NCBI GenBank assembly: GCA_030640025.1 | Contig: DAOWKC010000002.1 | Span: 68,029-132,028, forward strand | Direction: 5' to 3' | DNA from: Candidatus Woesearchaeota archaeon | GTDB lineage: Archaea; Nanobdellota; Nanobdellia; Woesearchaeales; JAGLXL01 | DNA length: 64,000 nucleotides | Shown here: in pieces, positions 27,984 to 38,854 of the stretch | How the letters are laid out: each line of letters begins with the position of its first letter | Position numbering within the stretch: position 1 is the first letter of the stretch | Notes under the pieces: model-generated | Told to the model about the DNA's origin: nothing | The model's input: the letters and a program-made list of their open reading frames with translations, nothing else | The model's database searches: none | Made by a program: the position numbers and the translations under genes

Positions 27984-29504
27984 TTTCAACCAGGTTTTTA
28001 TTTCTCTTAATTGTTTGAGATTATTTTTGTAAAGGTCACGAATATCTTTTATTTTCCAATATTCGGAAATAATTCTACCCATTCCCTGACCCCAGGCGAG
28101 GACCGGGCATTCAAAGCCCAGTAAAGGTTGGGTGACTTCAGGACGGAAGATACCAGCGCCGCCTAATTCAATCCATTCTTTTTTAACTGGATGGAAGACG
28201 TCAACTTCAATTGATGGTTCAGTGTAAGGGAAATGAGCCGGCCGCATTCTAACATCGGTGTAACCCATTTTTTTGTAAAATTCTTTAAGGTAACCTTTGA
28301 GATGTTTGAGATTAGCGTTGGGGTCGACGACGATGCCCTCGACCTGGTAGAATTCAAAGAGGTGTTTCCAATCTAAGGTTTCATTTCTAAAAACTTTGGC
28401 AACTGAAAAGAATTTGGCTGGCAAATCTTCTTTTTTTAATTGGGACAGGGTTTGAGCACTTAAGACTGTGGTATGGGTCCTTAAGAGAAGTTGCTTTGAT
28501 TCTTGTTCTGAGAACTGGTACTGCCAACCTTTGCTGCCAGTCTTGCCACCGTTTTCATGGACAGCTTTAATTTTAGGATAAAGTTCTTTTGGCAGAGAGC
28601 CTTGGGCTGGGTCTTGAAGATAAAAAGTGTCCTGCATTTCTCTGGCAGGATGGTCTTGAGGTACGAATAAAGAATCAAGGTCCCAGAAAGCAGTCTGGAC
28701 TAAGGAACCGGTCATTTCTTGGAAACCCATTTCTAACCATATTTTTTTGATGTAATCAACGGCTTCGGTAACAAAATGTTTTCGGCCAAAAGATGTTTGG
28801 GGGACATCGGCTTGGAGGTCATAATGGCGGAATTTTTTATTTTTCCAAGATTGGGTTTTGAGCATTGAAGACGTAAGGCGGTTAAGGACTTCTTCGTCTG
28901 ATATTTTTTGCTGGGTGAGTTGCTGGCCAAGTTTGGTGAGTTCGATGGTGCGTTCGGTGGAGTCCTCTATTTTGAGAATGTTTTTTCTTTTCTTTAATTG
29001 TTCAAAAGCAAATTTTTCTTCTTCTTGGAGCCGTTCTAAATCAAGAGGGAATTGTTTTTTGAGGAATTTTTCTTCTAAGGATTCTTTTTCGATGAATTTT
29101 TTACCTTGTTCAGTGATGTTGATCTTGCCGTCTTTGATTTCAATGGCAACTTTTTGTCTGAGAATACCAAGAATGGAGTTGAATTCTCCTGGATTGAGTT
29201 TTGATTTTTCCTGGAGTTGTTTGATAGTAAGAGGTTGTTCTTTGACAAGGTTCAGAATTAATTTTTCTGGTAATCCTTCCTGGAGGTATTTTTGGCCGTT
29301 TTGGTCTAGAGTAATAACTTTCTTTTTGTCTGTTTTGATTTCAAGGATATCTTTGTTTTTCAACCACTGTAAAGCACGCATGACTTCGACTTCTTGGAGG
29401 TTTGATTTTTTGACTAATTCTGGGAAGGATTTTTCTGTTTGGAGCAAAGGGACTATTTTTCTCTCTAAGGGATCAAGCATATCAATCAGTTTTTTCAATT
29501 CCAT
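27981..29504 (-). CDS. pheS: phenylalanine--tRNA ligase alpha subunit
   Basis: PQDHPAREMQDTF, LRTHTT, FPYTEPS, GAGIFRPE. Confidence 0.97.
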   Translation of the reverse strand: MELKKLIDMLDPLERKIVPLLQTEKSFPELVKKSNLQEVEVMRALQWLKNKDILEIKTDKKKVITLDQNGQKYLQEGLPEKLILNLVKEQPLTIKQLQEKSKLNPGEFNSILGILRQKVAIEIKDGKINITEQGKKFIEKESLEEKFLKKQFPLDLERLQEEEKFAFEQLKKRKNILKIEDSTERTIELTKLGQQLTQQKISDEEVLNRLTSSMLKTQSWKNKKFRHYDLQADVPQTSFGRKHFVTEAVDYIKKIWLEMGFQEMTGSLVQTAFWDLDSLFVPQDHPAREMQDTFYLQDPAQGSLPKELYPKIKAVHENGGKTGSKGWQYQFSEQESKQLLLRTHTTVLSAQTLSQLKKEDLPAKFFSVAKVFRNETLDWKHLFEFYQVEGIVVDPNANLKHLKGYLKEFYKKMGYTDVRMRPAHFPYTEPSIEVDVFHPVKKEWIELGGAGIFRPEVTQPLLGFECPVLAWGQGMGRIISEYWKIKDIRDLYKNNLKQLREIKTWLK

Positions 29505-29541
29505 GGAGAATAAAAAATTGAGTTTTCTTTATAAAAGTAAC

Positions 29542-29588
29542 GAGAAAATTGAAATAATTTTCTCTGATTTCAAAATTAATTTTGAAAT
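29542..29588. repeat. double hairpin, intergenic
   Basis: GAGAAAATT-GAAAT-AATTTTCTC plus ATTTCAAAATT/AATTTTGAAAT. Confidence 0.55.
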
Positions 29589-29632
29589 AACAAGAAAAAT
29601 GAGAAAAAGAAAATGGCAAAAAAGAAAAATAA

Positions 29633-30451
29633 TTATTTGAGGAATTTTTCAGCTGGCTTCATATCTGACCAATTAGAGTTGAAAAGATCTTCAACAGCTG
29701 AAGCAAAAAAAGGTGTATTGACCCAGATACCAACATCATAAGTTGGATGGACATCCTGGTCGTCAAGCACCATAAAGGTCAAGTCTTTGCCATCAACAAT
29801 GCAGAATCGAGCTTTAACATGATTGACATGCCTGATATCGGCAATGCCTTTCATTTCTTTGACAGCTGATTTAGCTTCTTTGGTGATTGGAGCAGCAATC
29901 CTGATTTGGACGCCTTTTTTCTTAACAGCTTCAAGAGTTGATTTGAGGCCTTCGATTTTTCTTAAAAGACCTTGAGTAGTGGTCATGAGGGTAACACTTT
30001 TCTTGGCGTTTTTGATAGCGAGGTCGAGGTGATTATAGAGATTATGCCGGCCTCTGAGCGCACCAGAAAGTTCTGATGGTTCAACTAGTTCTATACCTTG
30101 GGTGTGTAGAGTTTCGAGTTCACCAAGAACTTCTGAATTTTTAAGACTGTCGAGACGTTTGACTTTTTCTTCTGCATTGAAGCGCATGTTTTTCTTGACG
30201 CGTTCAACAACTTCGGAAGGAGGCACAGTGAGGTATTTGATAGGTTTACCAATCTTGGCAATGACAAAACCTTTTTTCTCCAAGCTTTCCAGAACGTCGT
30301 AACTTCTGGATCTGGGAACATTGGCAATATCAGAAAGTTCACCGGCTGTAGAAACACCTCTTGAAAGTAAAGCAGCCCATAACTTTACCTCGTAAAGATT
30401 AAGATCAAAATATCGTCTTAATTTGCTTAAAAATTCTTCTTTGACAATCAT
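29633..30451 (-). CDS. TrmB family transcriptional regulator
   Basis: LNLYEVK, VPRSRSYDVLESLEKKGF, KPIKY; PLD-like C-domain. Confidence 0.92.
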   Translation of the reverse strand: MIVKEEFLSKLRRYFDLNLYEVKLWAALLSRGVSTAGELSDIANVPRSRSYDVLESLEKKGFVIAKIGKPIKYLTVPPSEVVERVKKNMRFNAEEKVKRLDSLKNSEVLGELETLHTQGIELVEPSELSGALRGRHNLYNHLDLAIKNAKKSVTLMTTTQGLLRKIEGLKSTLEAVKKKGVQIRIAAPITKEAKSAVKEMKGIADIRHVNHVKARFCIVDGKDLTFMVLDDQDVHPTYDVGIWVNTPFFASAVEDLFNSNWSDMKPAEKFLK

Positions 30452-30610
30452 TTAACACACCCCTCCTCTTTTTTTGGATTAATTTAAATTTGTTACTACA
30501 ATGGAAGTAATTACTACTACTATTAAAATGTTACTATTTTTAAATTTTTTGTATTTGGAATATACTGAAAGGGAAATAGATGTTTGAACTTTTATTTTCC
30601 TTTGGTATGC

Positions 30611-32542
30611 TCAAAGGGATATTCTTCTCTTTAGTATATTGGTTTGAATCTTATGTTTGATGTCTTCTACACATTGAGGGTTTTTGAGAGTAGAAAGATT
30701 GCCGAGTGGTTTTTTCTTGATAAGATTTTTGAGGATGCGTCTCATAATTTTACCGCTGCGGGTCTTAGGAAGATCTTTAACAAAAATGATGATTTTAGGG
30801 CGGGCGATAGGGCCAATTGATTTTTCAACTTGTTTAATAACCTGTTTTTTAAGTTGTTCTGAAGGTTTTGATTTAGTGATTATAAAAGCGAGAGGAACTT
30901 CGCCTTTGATTTTATCTGGGAGAGCAATGACAGCAGCTTCAACAACTTGGGGGTGTTCAGTAATAGCATTTTCAAGTTCAGCAGTGGCCAAGCGGTGACC
31001 AGCTACTTTCATGATATCATCTGTCCGACCAGTGATGCGAAAGTATTTTTTTTGAGTATAAAGAGCGCCGTCTTTGGTGTAAAAATAATTTTTACATTTA
31101 CTCCAATATTCCTGACGATAACGTTTGGGGTTGTTGAGAATTCCCCTAAGCATACCTGGAGCAAATGGTGAAACTTGGACAAGATATCCTTCTTTGGCTT
31201 CGTGGCAGTCTTCATCAATAATTTTGTGACCGGTGCCAGGGAAGCTGAGGCCAGCAACAGTCGGGATAAAAGGACCTAAAGAAGGGAGGGTGGTGATCAT
31301 GTGGCCGCCAGTTTCTGTCTGCCACCAAGTATCGATGATGGGGCAGCGTTTTTTTCCAAGGTGATTAAAGAACCACATCCAAGCTTCATGATTGATAGGC
31401 TCGCCAACAGTGCCGAGGATTCTGAGGGAAGAGAGGTTGTATTTTTGAGGCCATTTTTCTCCAGCTTTGATGGCCATGCGAATAGCAGTGGGAGCAGTGT
31501 AAAAAATAGTGACTTGATATTTTTCAATGATTTGCCACCAACGTCCGCAATCTGGATAGTCAGGAGTGCCCTCGTAAATGATAATGGTGCCGGCATTGAG
31601 AAGAGGACCATAACAATTGTAAGTGTGGCCAGTAATCCAGCCAACATCAGCAGTACACCAGAAGATGTCATTTTCATGGAGGTCGAAACTAAGTCGGGTG
31701 GTGGTGGAAGCATAAGTGAGATAGCCGCCATGCGTATGGATGATACCTTTGGGCTGGCCAGTAGTACCACTAGTATAAAGGATGAAAAGAATATCTTCGC
31801 TGTCCATGGATTCAGGAGGGCATTCTCGAGGAACTTGTTTTTTGAGCTGGTGCCACCAGAATTGATTCTTTTTTAATTTGGGTTTGAGATTAGCTCGGTT
31901 AATAACCAAGGTTTTGATTTTATTTGAAATAGCCTGGTCAGCTTTTTCTTTGAGATTAATGATTTTGCCTCTTCTAAAGTAACCATCGCAGGTAATAAGG
32001 AATTTTGATTTGGCGTCTTTGATTCGTTGTTTTAATGATTCAGAAGAGAAGGCAGAAAAAACCACTGAATGGGGAGCGCCAAGGCGGGAGCAGGCCAGCA
32101 GGGCAATTTGGACTTCTGGAATCATGGGCAAGTAAATTGTAACAAAGTCGCCTTTTTTGACTCCAAGTTTTTTAAGGGTGTTGGCCATGAGGTTGACTTC
32201 TTGGTAGAGTTGCTGATAAGTAAGGGTTTGGGGTTTGCCTTTTTCTGGTTCCCAGATAAGGGCAGGTTTGTTTTTGTTTTTGGCGAGATGGCGGTCGAGG
32301 CAATTGTAAGAAGCATTAAGTTTGCCTTTGAGGAACCATTTGAAATAAGGAAGTTTTTCCTGGTAAATCTCTTGCCAAGGTTTAAACCAGTGGAGTTGTT
32401 TTGATTCTTCTGCCCAGAATTTTAATGGAGGTTTTTTGTAGATAGAAGGAGAGGAAATCCAAGCTTTTTTCTTTAATTCTTTTGAGGGCCACCAGATCTC
32501 TTTTTGGGGGTCTTTTTTGACCCACTTAATTTTTTTTACCAT
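30611..32542 (-). CDS. acs: acetyl-CoA synthetase (AMP-forming)
   Basis: YTSGTTGQPKG, WITGH, DTWWQTETGG, PKTRSGKIMRR. Confidence 0.96.
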   Translation of the reverse strand: MVKKIKWVKKDPQKEIWWPSKELKKKAWISSPSIYKKPPLKFWAEESKQLHWFKPWQEIYQEKLPYFKWFLKGKLNASYNCLDRHLAKNKNKPALIWEPEKGKPQTLTYQQLYQEVNLMANTLKKLGVKKGDFVTIYLPMIPEVQIALLACSRLGAPHSVVFSAFSSESLKQRIKDAKSKFLITCDGYFRRGKIINLKEKADQAISNKIKTLVINRANLKPKLKKNQFWWHQLKKQVPRECPPESMDSEDILFILYTSGTTGQPKGIIHTHGGYLTYASTTTRLSFDLHENDIFWCTADVGWITGHTYNCYGPLLNAGTIIIYEGTPDYPDCGRWWQIIEKYQVTIFYTAPTAIRMAIKAGEKWPQKYNLSSLRILGTVGEPINHEAWMWFFNHLGKKRCPIIDTWWQTETGGHMITTLPSLGPFIPTVAGLSFPGTGHKIIDEDCHEAKEGYLVQVSPFAPGMLRGILNNPKRYRQEYWSKCKNYFYTKDGALYTQKKYFRITGRTDDIMKVAGHRLATAELENAITEHPQVVEAAVIALPDKIKGEVPLAFIITKSKPSEQLKKQVIKQVEKSIGPIARPKIIIFVKDLPKTRSGKIMRRILKNLIKKKPLGNLSTLKNPQCVEDIKHKIQTNILKRRISL

Positions 32543-33597
32543 TCTAGTTTGAATCTCAAGATGGCAGCAATGCCGCCAAGGCCTTTAAGTTTTTGACCAG
32601 CTTCGTGTTCTGAGGAAATAATGTGAATGTTGCCTTTGGTTTGGTCGGTGGTTTTCATTAAGTAATCTAGTTTATCATAATTTTCTTTTTGCCGGTATTC
32701 TTGGATAAGTTTGTCAAGGATGAGAAGTTTTTCAGCAGCGCCAGCTTCAACTGCTTTTTTGGTTTCCCGATAGCCATAGGCCGCGAGATGATTTTTTGAG
32801 ATTTGGGTAAGGAGTTCCTCGACAAGTTTGGTTTCTTCTGCTAAATGGGAATTTTTAAGAGCTTGTTTTAATTCGGGTCTTTTAAGGACTTCATTAAGGG
32901 CTGATTCCTTGGCAGAAGAGCAAGTAGCTGAGACGATTTTCTTTTTGATTTTTTCATCGGTGACTAATTTGAGGAGGTCTTCTTTGTAAAAAGCAGGGCT
33001 GGCTAGGATAATGTTTTCTGGGTTGTAACGTTGGTTATATTCCTTGAGGGCTTTGATGATTTCCTGATAAAAGTTGCCTCTGGTTAAGGCACGTTTTTCT
33101 TTTTTAGCAACGTCGCCGTGGAGTTCAGTTAAGATTTGATAACCGTAATGTTTAGAGAGGGCAATAATAGCATCTTCCCGGTCAAAAAGGCAGATGAGAA
33201 AAATGTATTTTTTTTGGGTTGATTCTTTTAATTTTTGTTTTTGGTAGCTGAGCCATTTTTCTTTTTCAATGGTGATTTCGGTGTTTTCCTCGATGTTAAA
33301 GGTGTGGTAGCTGCCCCTGGGCAGGTCATCGGGGCCCTGGGTGATTTTGCCACTGATTCTGAGGATATTAGAATGGGGGCTGAATTCTATTTTTTCAACC
33401 TGGATTTGGAGGAAGACTGGTTTTCGAGTGACTTTTTGAGTACGTTCATCCGGTCCTGTTTTTTTTATTTTTCTCAAGGTTTTGCCTTTGATGTGATCTT
33501 TGGGGTCGATTAAGTGGCTTAAATACCAAAGATCGTCCAGAGTTTCAATTTTTATTTTAACCTGACCTTTTTTGAAGTCAGAATGGATAATTTTCAT
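32536..33597 (-). CDS. pelA: mRNA surveillance protein pelota
   Basis: DDLWYL, GSYHT, LGGIAAILRF. Confidence 0.96.
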   Translation of the reverse strand: MKIIHSDFKKGQVKIKIETLDDLWYLSHLIDPKDHIKGKTLRKIKKTGPDERTQKVTRKPVFLQIQVEKIEFSPHSNILRISGKITQGPDDLPRGSYHTFNIEENTEITIEKEKWLSYQKQKLKESTQKKYIFLICLFDREDAIIALSKHYGYQILTELHGDVAKKEKRALTRGNFYQEIIKALKEYNQRYNPENIILASPAFYKEDLLKLVTDEKIKKKIVSATCSSAKESALNEVLKRPELKQALKNSHLAEETKLVEELLTQISKNHLAAYGYRETKKAVEAGAAEKLLILDKLIQEYRQKENYDKLDYLMKTTDQTKGNIHIISSEHEAGQKLKGLGGIAAILRFKLEW

Positions 33598-33649
33598 AAA
33601 TAGGGAAGAATGATTAGATATTAAAAAAACTTTGTTTTTTCAAGTATAA

Positions 33650-33714
33650 ATGTCAAGAATTTTTTGAAAAATTCTTGAGCATGATCAGGATTTTAAACAG
33701 GAAAATCCTGACAT
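33650..33714. repeat. double-hairpin element in divergent promoter region
   Basis: TCAAGAATTTTT..AAAATTCTTGA-GCATG-ATCAGGATTTT..AAAATCCTGA. Confidence 0.7.
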
Positions 33715-33755
33715 TTCAGGAAATTTTATAAATGACAAAGTTTTCTGTAGAATTG

Positions 33756-34946
33756 ATGAGAAGGAATAAAAGAGGTCAAGCTTCGGCAGCCGCAGCATTG
33801 ATTGCGATAATTGCTGCTTTGATTGTTCTATACATACTTTTTATTCCGCCATCTGAAAGAGCTAAGATTTTAGAAGGTGACGGATTAAATGGTGAAACTG
33901 GAATTGGGGTGAGTGTGGTAGAAGAGAATGAGACTTTGCTGCTAGAGAGTCCTGGTCGGATTGATTTTTTAAGTCAAAAAACAGTTGACCATGCAGTGCC
34001 CACGACGCATGTGTTTACGCGGACAGAAGGACTGGTTTTAGAGAAAAAGGCTTCTCTTTATATTAAAAAATCTCTATTTAGTTCAAAACAAGAAAATGTT
34101 TCGTTTAGGATTAGTGATTTGGTTAATACAGAAAATATTTTGTTGAGTGGGGTGGTGAAAGAAGGCCAAGGTAGATTGATGATTTTCTTGAATGAAAATG
34201 AAATTTATAATTCTGAGGTTAGGGGAAATATTCCGGCAATTGAATTGCCAAGGAGATTATTGAAGACGGACAATACTTTATTGTTTAAGGTTTCTTCACC
34301 AGGGGCTGCTTTCTGGAGAACAAATGAATATAGTCTAGAAAATGTTCAAGTGGCAGCTGATGTGACCAGTATAGAAGCCCAGTCAAGCAGAAGCTTGTTT
34401 TTGGTTTCAGCAACTGAGAAAAATAATTTAGATAGAGTTGCTTTGAAATTTGAACCTGACTGCACTAGGGATTCAGGCAGGCTTGATGTTTATATTAATG
34501 AGTATAATATTTATTCTGCAGTGCCTGATTGCGGCGGCGGAAGACTGAAATTAGAATTTTCACCAGCTTATTTGAGGATTGGAGAGAATGAACTAATCTT
34601 TAGGATTGGTTCTGGTGATTATTATTTGGACCACATTGCGATTCAATCTGAATTAAAAACAATTGATTTCCCGGTTTATTATTTTGAGCTTTCAGATGAA
34701 GAATTTACAGATGTTGAAGAAGGTGATTCTCAAGTAGTTTTAAGATTGAGTTTTATTGATTATATTGAGGAGAAAAGAGGAGAGATCATCTTAAACGGCC
34801 ATTTAAGTGGTTTTGACACCAAGGAATTAAGCTGGGAAACAGATGTTTCTGATGACATAGTCAGAGGTAATAATGGTGTGCAAATCAGGCCAAGGAAGAC
34901 TTTGGATATACGGGAATTAGAAGTTATTTTGGCTCCTTCTGAGTAA
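33756..34946 (+). CDS. surface protein with class III (prepilin-like) signal peptide
   Basis: MRRNKRG|QASAAAALIAIIAALIVLYILF; beta-rich repeats ending N.L.F; TATA 24 nt upstream. Confidence 0.8.
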   Translation: MRRNKRGQASAAAALIAIIAALIVLYILFIPPSERAKILEGDGLNGETGIGVSVVEENETLLLESPGRIDFLSQKTVDHAVPTTHVFTRTEGLVLEKKASLYIKKSLFSSKQENVSFRISDLVNTENILLSGVVKEGQGRLMIFLNENEIYNSEVRGNIPAIELPRRLLKTDNTLLFKVSSPGAAFWRTNEYSLENVQVAADVTSIEAQSSRSLFLVSATEKNNLDRVALKFEPDCTRDSGRLDVYINEYNIYSAVPDCGGGRLKLEFSPAYLRIGENELIFRIGSGDYYLDHIAIQSELKTIDFPVYYFELSDEEFTDVEEGDSQVVLRLSFIDYIEEKRGEIILNGHLSGFDTKELSWETDVSDDIVRGNNGVQIRPRKTLDIRELEVILAPSE

Positions 34947-34950
34947 GACA

Positions 34951-35043
34951 GCGAAAAACAAGTTTTGCTGGGGTTTTTTAGCAAAAACCTTACGAAAATC
35001 AGAGATGCTCAGAAGCAAGCTTCTGGCACCAACTTTGTTGGTT
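34951..35043. repeat. serial-hairpin element, intergenic
   Basis: CAGAAGC-AA-GCTTCTG-GC-ACCAAC-TTT-GTTGGT; CTGGCACC linker as in rpl15 tail. Confidence 0.65.
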
Positions 35044-35117
35044 TTCTAAGTTTTACTTTTGGAAGCAAAACTTTTTAAAGAATAAAGGTTTAGTTTTAGT
35101 TATTAAAAGAGGTTGGA

Positions 35118-37004
35118 ATGGCTAAATTAAGCAAAGAAGAAAGGAGGGAGATGGAGAGCGCAGAGTTACAAAGAAGAGCTAAAGCAGGTACAGCAAGTGA
35201 AGCAGAGAAAGAACGTTTAAAAGAAACGATTGCAAAAAAGAAAAGAGCTCAAGCACGACCAGCGCCTTCTCCAAAACCTGCTCCAACACCAAGTGCTCCT
35301 TCAACACCTGCTCCAAGCACGCCGGCTCCGACACCAGCTCAAGCTAAAGAAAGTTACTGGAAAAGGATGAGGGCTGGAGAAAGGCTTGGATCTGCAGCCG
35401 GCGGTATAAGGGATATTGGTAGTGGACTTTTAGGGCTTGGTGCAGGAGGAGCTGAAAAAGCAGCATCTTTGCCTGAAAGCTGGTTTATTTTATTAGTTCT
35501 TTTAGGAGCATTAGGGTCTATTTTCAAACGTTATATGGGTTATAACCCCGCTACTTATTTATCATTTTCAATTATTTTATTGGTTATTTTCTTGATGACA
35601 GTGAGGCATAACAAGACTTATGTGATTATAGTCCTGGTTACTTTTTTTATTGATACTTTTGGGACTCAGCTGCCGTTGTATTCCTTGCCAGACATGGTGA
35701 GTTTTATCAAAGGTTTTCTGGCTTTTGCCAATGTTTTCAGCTGGTTTTTCTTATCTTTGATTTTATTTTGGTTAAACTATTCTAAACTCCAAGAGGAAGG
35801 CAAGGAGACGTCTTGGCTGGGTTGGATAATTGTAGTGGGGACCTTTTTGTTGCTGATTTTTTACACGGTGCCGGCCCTAAAGAATACTTTACAAACACAC
35901 ACTGATTATTTTGGGATAGCTGAAGAACAATATGAAGAAGTTAAGGAAATTACTCAAGCTCGAGTTGAGGAGTGGAAAGAAGTTTATTATCGATTTGGCT
36001 GTTCATTGAGCCAACCGATGGATATTGAAGAGTGTACGATGAGGAAAATAGCAGAGGTGAGATGCAAGCCCTTTAAGGATGCGGGTGAAACAAAGAAGTA
36101 TGAAGAATGTATAAAAACTGAGATGGGATTAGGAGTGGCAGTGACAGGAATAGTTGACCCAGTGATGGATGAACCATTAGAATTAGTTTGGGAGCAAGGC
36201 CCAGAATTTGGAAAAACTGAAATTTTTTTAGTAGGTGTGCCAACTTTTACAGCTAAATTAAAAGTAAAAAATCCGAGAAAAGATAGATTAGATTTGAAAT
36301 TGAGTTGTAGTTTTGCTGATTTGGTTGATAAGGAAAATGTGAGCGGGTCTATTTTTTCAACTTTAGGCGAGGATTTTACTTTTGAAGAAAAATCAAAGGA
36401 AATTGAAGTGGTTTGTTCTCCACTAGAGATTTTAGAAGCAGGTAAAAGATACAGAGTAACTTATGAAGTAGAGTTGGTTGATTTTTCAACCAAGTCCAAA
36501 CTCCAGATGTTGTTTATTGGCGGAGGAAAGAAAGACAAGATAAAAAGGATGTTTAAGTCTGATTATTTTTTAGCTGGAAAATCAAGAGCGGCCAAGGATT
36601 TGGCGAGATTGAATTTAGACATGGGGAAAGAAGGTTATATTGAGGGTGTTGATGTGATTCAACTGGCATCTTCAGTTGAAAATATCGGTGGGGGAGAAAT
36701 TACTAATGTAAAAAAGGTTGAGATTGATTTGCTGGCGCCAGGCATTGGTGTTAATGATTTAGTCAAGACGCAACCTTGTACTTTAGAGGGTGAAACAACT
36801 TTATCAATTCATCCCCAGGTAATTTTGTCCCAAAAAAGACAAAAAGTAATTTTAGGGGGGGTATGTTTTTTAAGGTTAGGGAGTGCTTTAAAAAATCCAG
36901 AAGAATTTTTGAAAGTGGTGGAATTTCATGGCGATTTAGTTTATTCGTATCAGACTAAAGGTGAATTTTTTACTCCAACAATTAAAGTGGTGGGAACAGG
37001 ATGA
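35118..37004 (+). CDS. multi-pass membrane protein with Pro-rich N-terminus and large extracellular C-domain
   Basis: PAPSTPAP repeats, ~5 TMs, C-terminal ENIGGG..C..YSY motif like adjacent lipoproteins. Confidence 0.8.
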   Translation: MAKLSKEERREMESAELQRRAKAGTASEAEKERLKETIAKKKRAQARPAPSPKPAPTPSAPSTPAPSTPAPTPAQAKESYWKRMRAGERLGSAAGGIRDIGSGLLGLGAGGAEKAASLPESWFILLVLLGALGSIFKRYMGYNPATYLSFSIILLVIFLMTVRHNKTYVIIVLVTFFIDTFGTQLPLYSLPDMVSFIKGFLAFANVFSWFFLSLILFWLNYSKLQEEGKETSWLGWIIVVGTFLLLIFYTVPALKNTLQTHTDYFGIAEEQYEEVKEITQARVEEWKEVYYRFGCSLSQPMDIEECTMRKIAEVRCKPFKDAGETKKYEECIKTEMGLGVAVTGIVDPVMDEPLELVWEQGPEFGKTEIFLVGVPTFTAKLKVKNPRKDRLDLKLSCSFADLVDKENVSGSIFSTLGEDFTFEEKSKEIEVVCSPLEILEAGKRYRVTYEVELVDFSTKSKLQMLFIGGGKKDKIKRMFKSDYFLAGKSRAAKDLARLNLDMGKEGYIEGVDVIQLASSVENIGGGEITNVKKVEIDLLAPGIGVNDLVKTQPCTLEGETTLSIHPQVILSQKRQKVILGGVCFLRLGSALKNPEEFLKVVEFHGDLVYSYQTKGEFFTPTIKVVGTG

Positions 37005-37873
37005 AAAAAATAATTTGTTTGGTTTTGATTGGAATGATTTTTTTAGTTGGTTGTGATACTTTGGGTTCGTTTTTTGGAGAAACAGAAAGAGCTAAGTTTG
37101 TAGATTATAAAAAAGGGATAAGTGGTTTAGAAATTGGAAGTGTGGAGGGCCTGCCGCCAAGTGAACTTTATGAAGGGGGTAATTTTAAAATTGCAGCCAA
37201 ACTGCAAAATAAAGGCGGTTATGATCTTCAAAGAGGAACAATTGAAATTGCTGGTTTTGATAGAAGATATATTGTTTTAAACCAGGAACCAAAAAGAGAT
37301 TTGCCGCCAATTGCAGGAAAAAGTATAACCGGCACTGAGGGAGGATTTTATATTGAAGAATTTGACGGGCAGGTTCTGAGGCGTTTGGATAAGGCAAGGG
37401 AATATGAGGCCAATTATTACCTAGTAGCTACTTATGATTATCGTTCAGAAGCAAAAACAGATGTTTGTATTAATACAAATCTTTATTCAGATTTGAGATT
37501 ATCTGAAGACAGCTGCAAGCCAGAAGAAAGCATTAGTTTGGGGGGCCAAGGAGCACCAATCTCAATCACCAAAGTTGAAGAAGTGATTGTGCCTGAAGGT
37601 GACAGAACCAGGATTGTTTTTAGACTTTATTTGAAAAATAAAGGGGATGGAGTCTTAACCAGTCCAATAACTATTGAAGAAGTGAAATTATCCAATCAAA
37701 GGTTGAGTTGTGAGCAAAGTTTCTTGGAGTTGGAGGAAGAAGATAATGTAGTGGTTTGTGTTGCTTATGAAAATCAACCAGCAAATTATATAACTCCTTT
37801 TTATGCAGCAATAAGCTACACTTATCAAATTGTAGAGCAAAATAGTTTTACGATTAAAGGCATAAAGGTTTAG
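37001..37873 (+). CDS. putative lipoprotein, paralog 1
   Basis: Lipobox FLVGC; YDY..VCI..QGAPI..NKGDG..YTY. Confidence 0.8.
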   Translation: MKKIICLVLIGMIFLVGCDTLGSFFGETERAKFVDYKKGISGLEIGSVEGLPPSELYEGGNFKIAAKLQNKGGYDLQRGTIEIAGFDRRYIVLNQEPKRDLPPIAGKSITGTEGGFYIEEFDGQVLRRLDKAREYEANYYLVATYDYRSEAKTDVCINTNLYSDLRLSEDSCKPEESISLGGQGAPISITKVEEVIVPEGDRTRIVFRLYLKNKGDGVLTSPITIEEVKLSNQRLSCEQSFLELEEEDNVVVCVAYENQPANYITPFYAAISYTYQIVEQNSFTIKGIKV

Positions 37874-37911
37874 AAAGATTTATATAAAAAATAAGTCTTA
37901 TTTTGGTTATT

Positions 37912-38841
37912 ATGAAAAGATGGTGGATAGGATTAATGTTGAGTATATTGTTGGTAGGTTGTCAACCATTAGTTGGTGGAGGAGAGACGCCTGAAGAAAC
38001 AAGTGGTTTATCTCGATATGCTCGTTCTGGTTTTCAAGGTTTAGATATGCGATTTATCCAAGACCTACCGCCAAATTCATTGTGGGATGTGGCTGAATTA
38101 GTAATTGTTAACGAATTAAAGAATGTCGGCTCTTATAATATTGAGGCAGATAAGTGTTTTATTGAAGTGAGTGGGATTGACAGGAATATTGTCAGGAATT
38201 TACAGCCAGGTATTCGTCAATCTTGTGATGATATTGAAGGGAAGAGTGTTTATAATACTGAAGGTGGTTTTAACCAGATTGAATTTCAATCAGCCAGTAT
38301 TATCTTGCCTGAAGGAGTTGACAGATATGCTCCTAATATTGTTTTAAGCGCCTGTTATAATTATAAAACAATAGCCAGCCCCCAAGTTTGCATTGATCCT
38401 GGATTTTATCAATTGACCTCAGAACAGAAATCCTGTCAAGTAAGGGATGTGCCTTTAGGTGGAGGTCAAGGTGCGCCGGTTTCAGTTGATAATGTCAAAG
38501 TGGATATGGTGGGGCAGAAAGCTATTTTTCAATTGGATATCAGCAATACAGGCCCAGGAAGAGTGGTCTCACCAAGAGCTGCTTTAAATCAATGTCCTGG
38601 CAATATGAGATATGATGATTTTGATGAAGTTGGATTTATTATTTCTTTATCAGGAGAATTCCCTGAAAAATGCACGCCAAGTGATCATTTAGTTAGGTTA
38701 ACTAATAATAAAGGAAAGGTATTCTGTACTTTTAATGTTGGAAGTACAGCTGCTTATGAAGCTCCTTTGAATATTGAATTGAATTATAAATATTTACAAT
38801 CAATCTCCAAGAAAGTTGAGATTGTTAAAACTCCGAGTTGA
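37912..38841 (+). CDS. putative lipoprotein, paralog 2
   Basis: Lipobox LLVGC; YNY..VCI..QGAPV..NTGPG..YKY. Confidence 0.8.
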   Translation: MKRWWIGLMLSILLVGCQPLVGGGETPEETSGLSRYARSGFQGLDMRFIQDLPPNSLWDVAELVIVNELKNVGSYNIEADKCFIEVSGIDRNIVRNLQPGIRQSCDDIEGKSVYNTEGGFNQIEFQSASIILPEGVDRYAPNIVLSACYNYKTIASPQVCIDPGFYQLTSEQKSCQVRDVPLGGGQGAPVSVDNVKVDMVGQKAIFQLDISNTGPGRVVSPRAALNQCPGNMRYDDFDEVGFIISLSGEFPEKCTPSDHLVRLTNNKGKVFCTFNVGSTAAYEAPLNIELNYKYLQSISKKVEIVKTPS

Positions 38842-38854
38842 GGTACTGAGAAAA

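Noticed and set aside
28858-32404. Long antisense ORFs (e.g. 28858-29640, 31301-31876) and other shadow ORFs
   Set aside because: They lie opposite or out of frame to well-conserved genes; explained by codon bias.
12135-35043. Hairpin repeats as a CRISPR array or classical IS/MITE
   Set aside because: No constant repeat with regular unique spacers, no cas or transposase genes, no common terminal inverted repeat.
35265-35340. PAPSTP repeats as a DNA repeat element
   Set aside because: Protein-level Pro-rich linker with degenerate codons.
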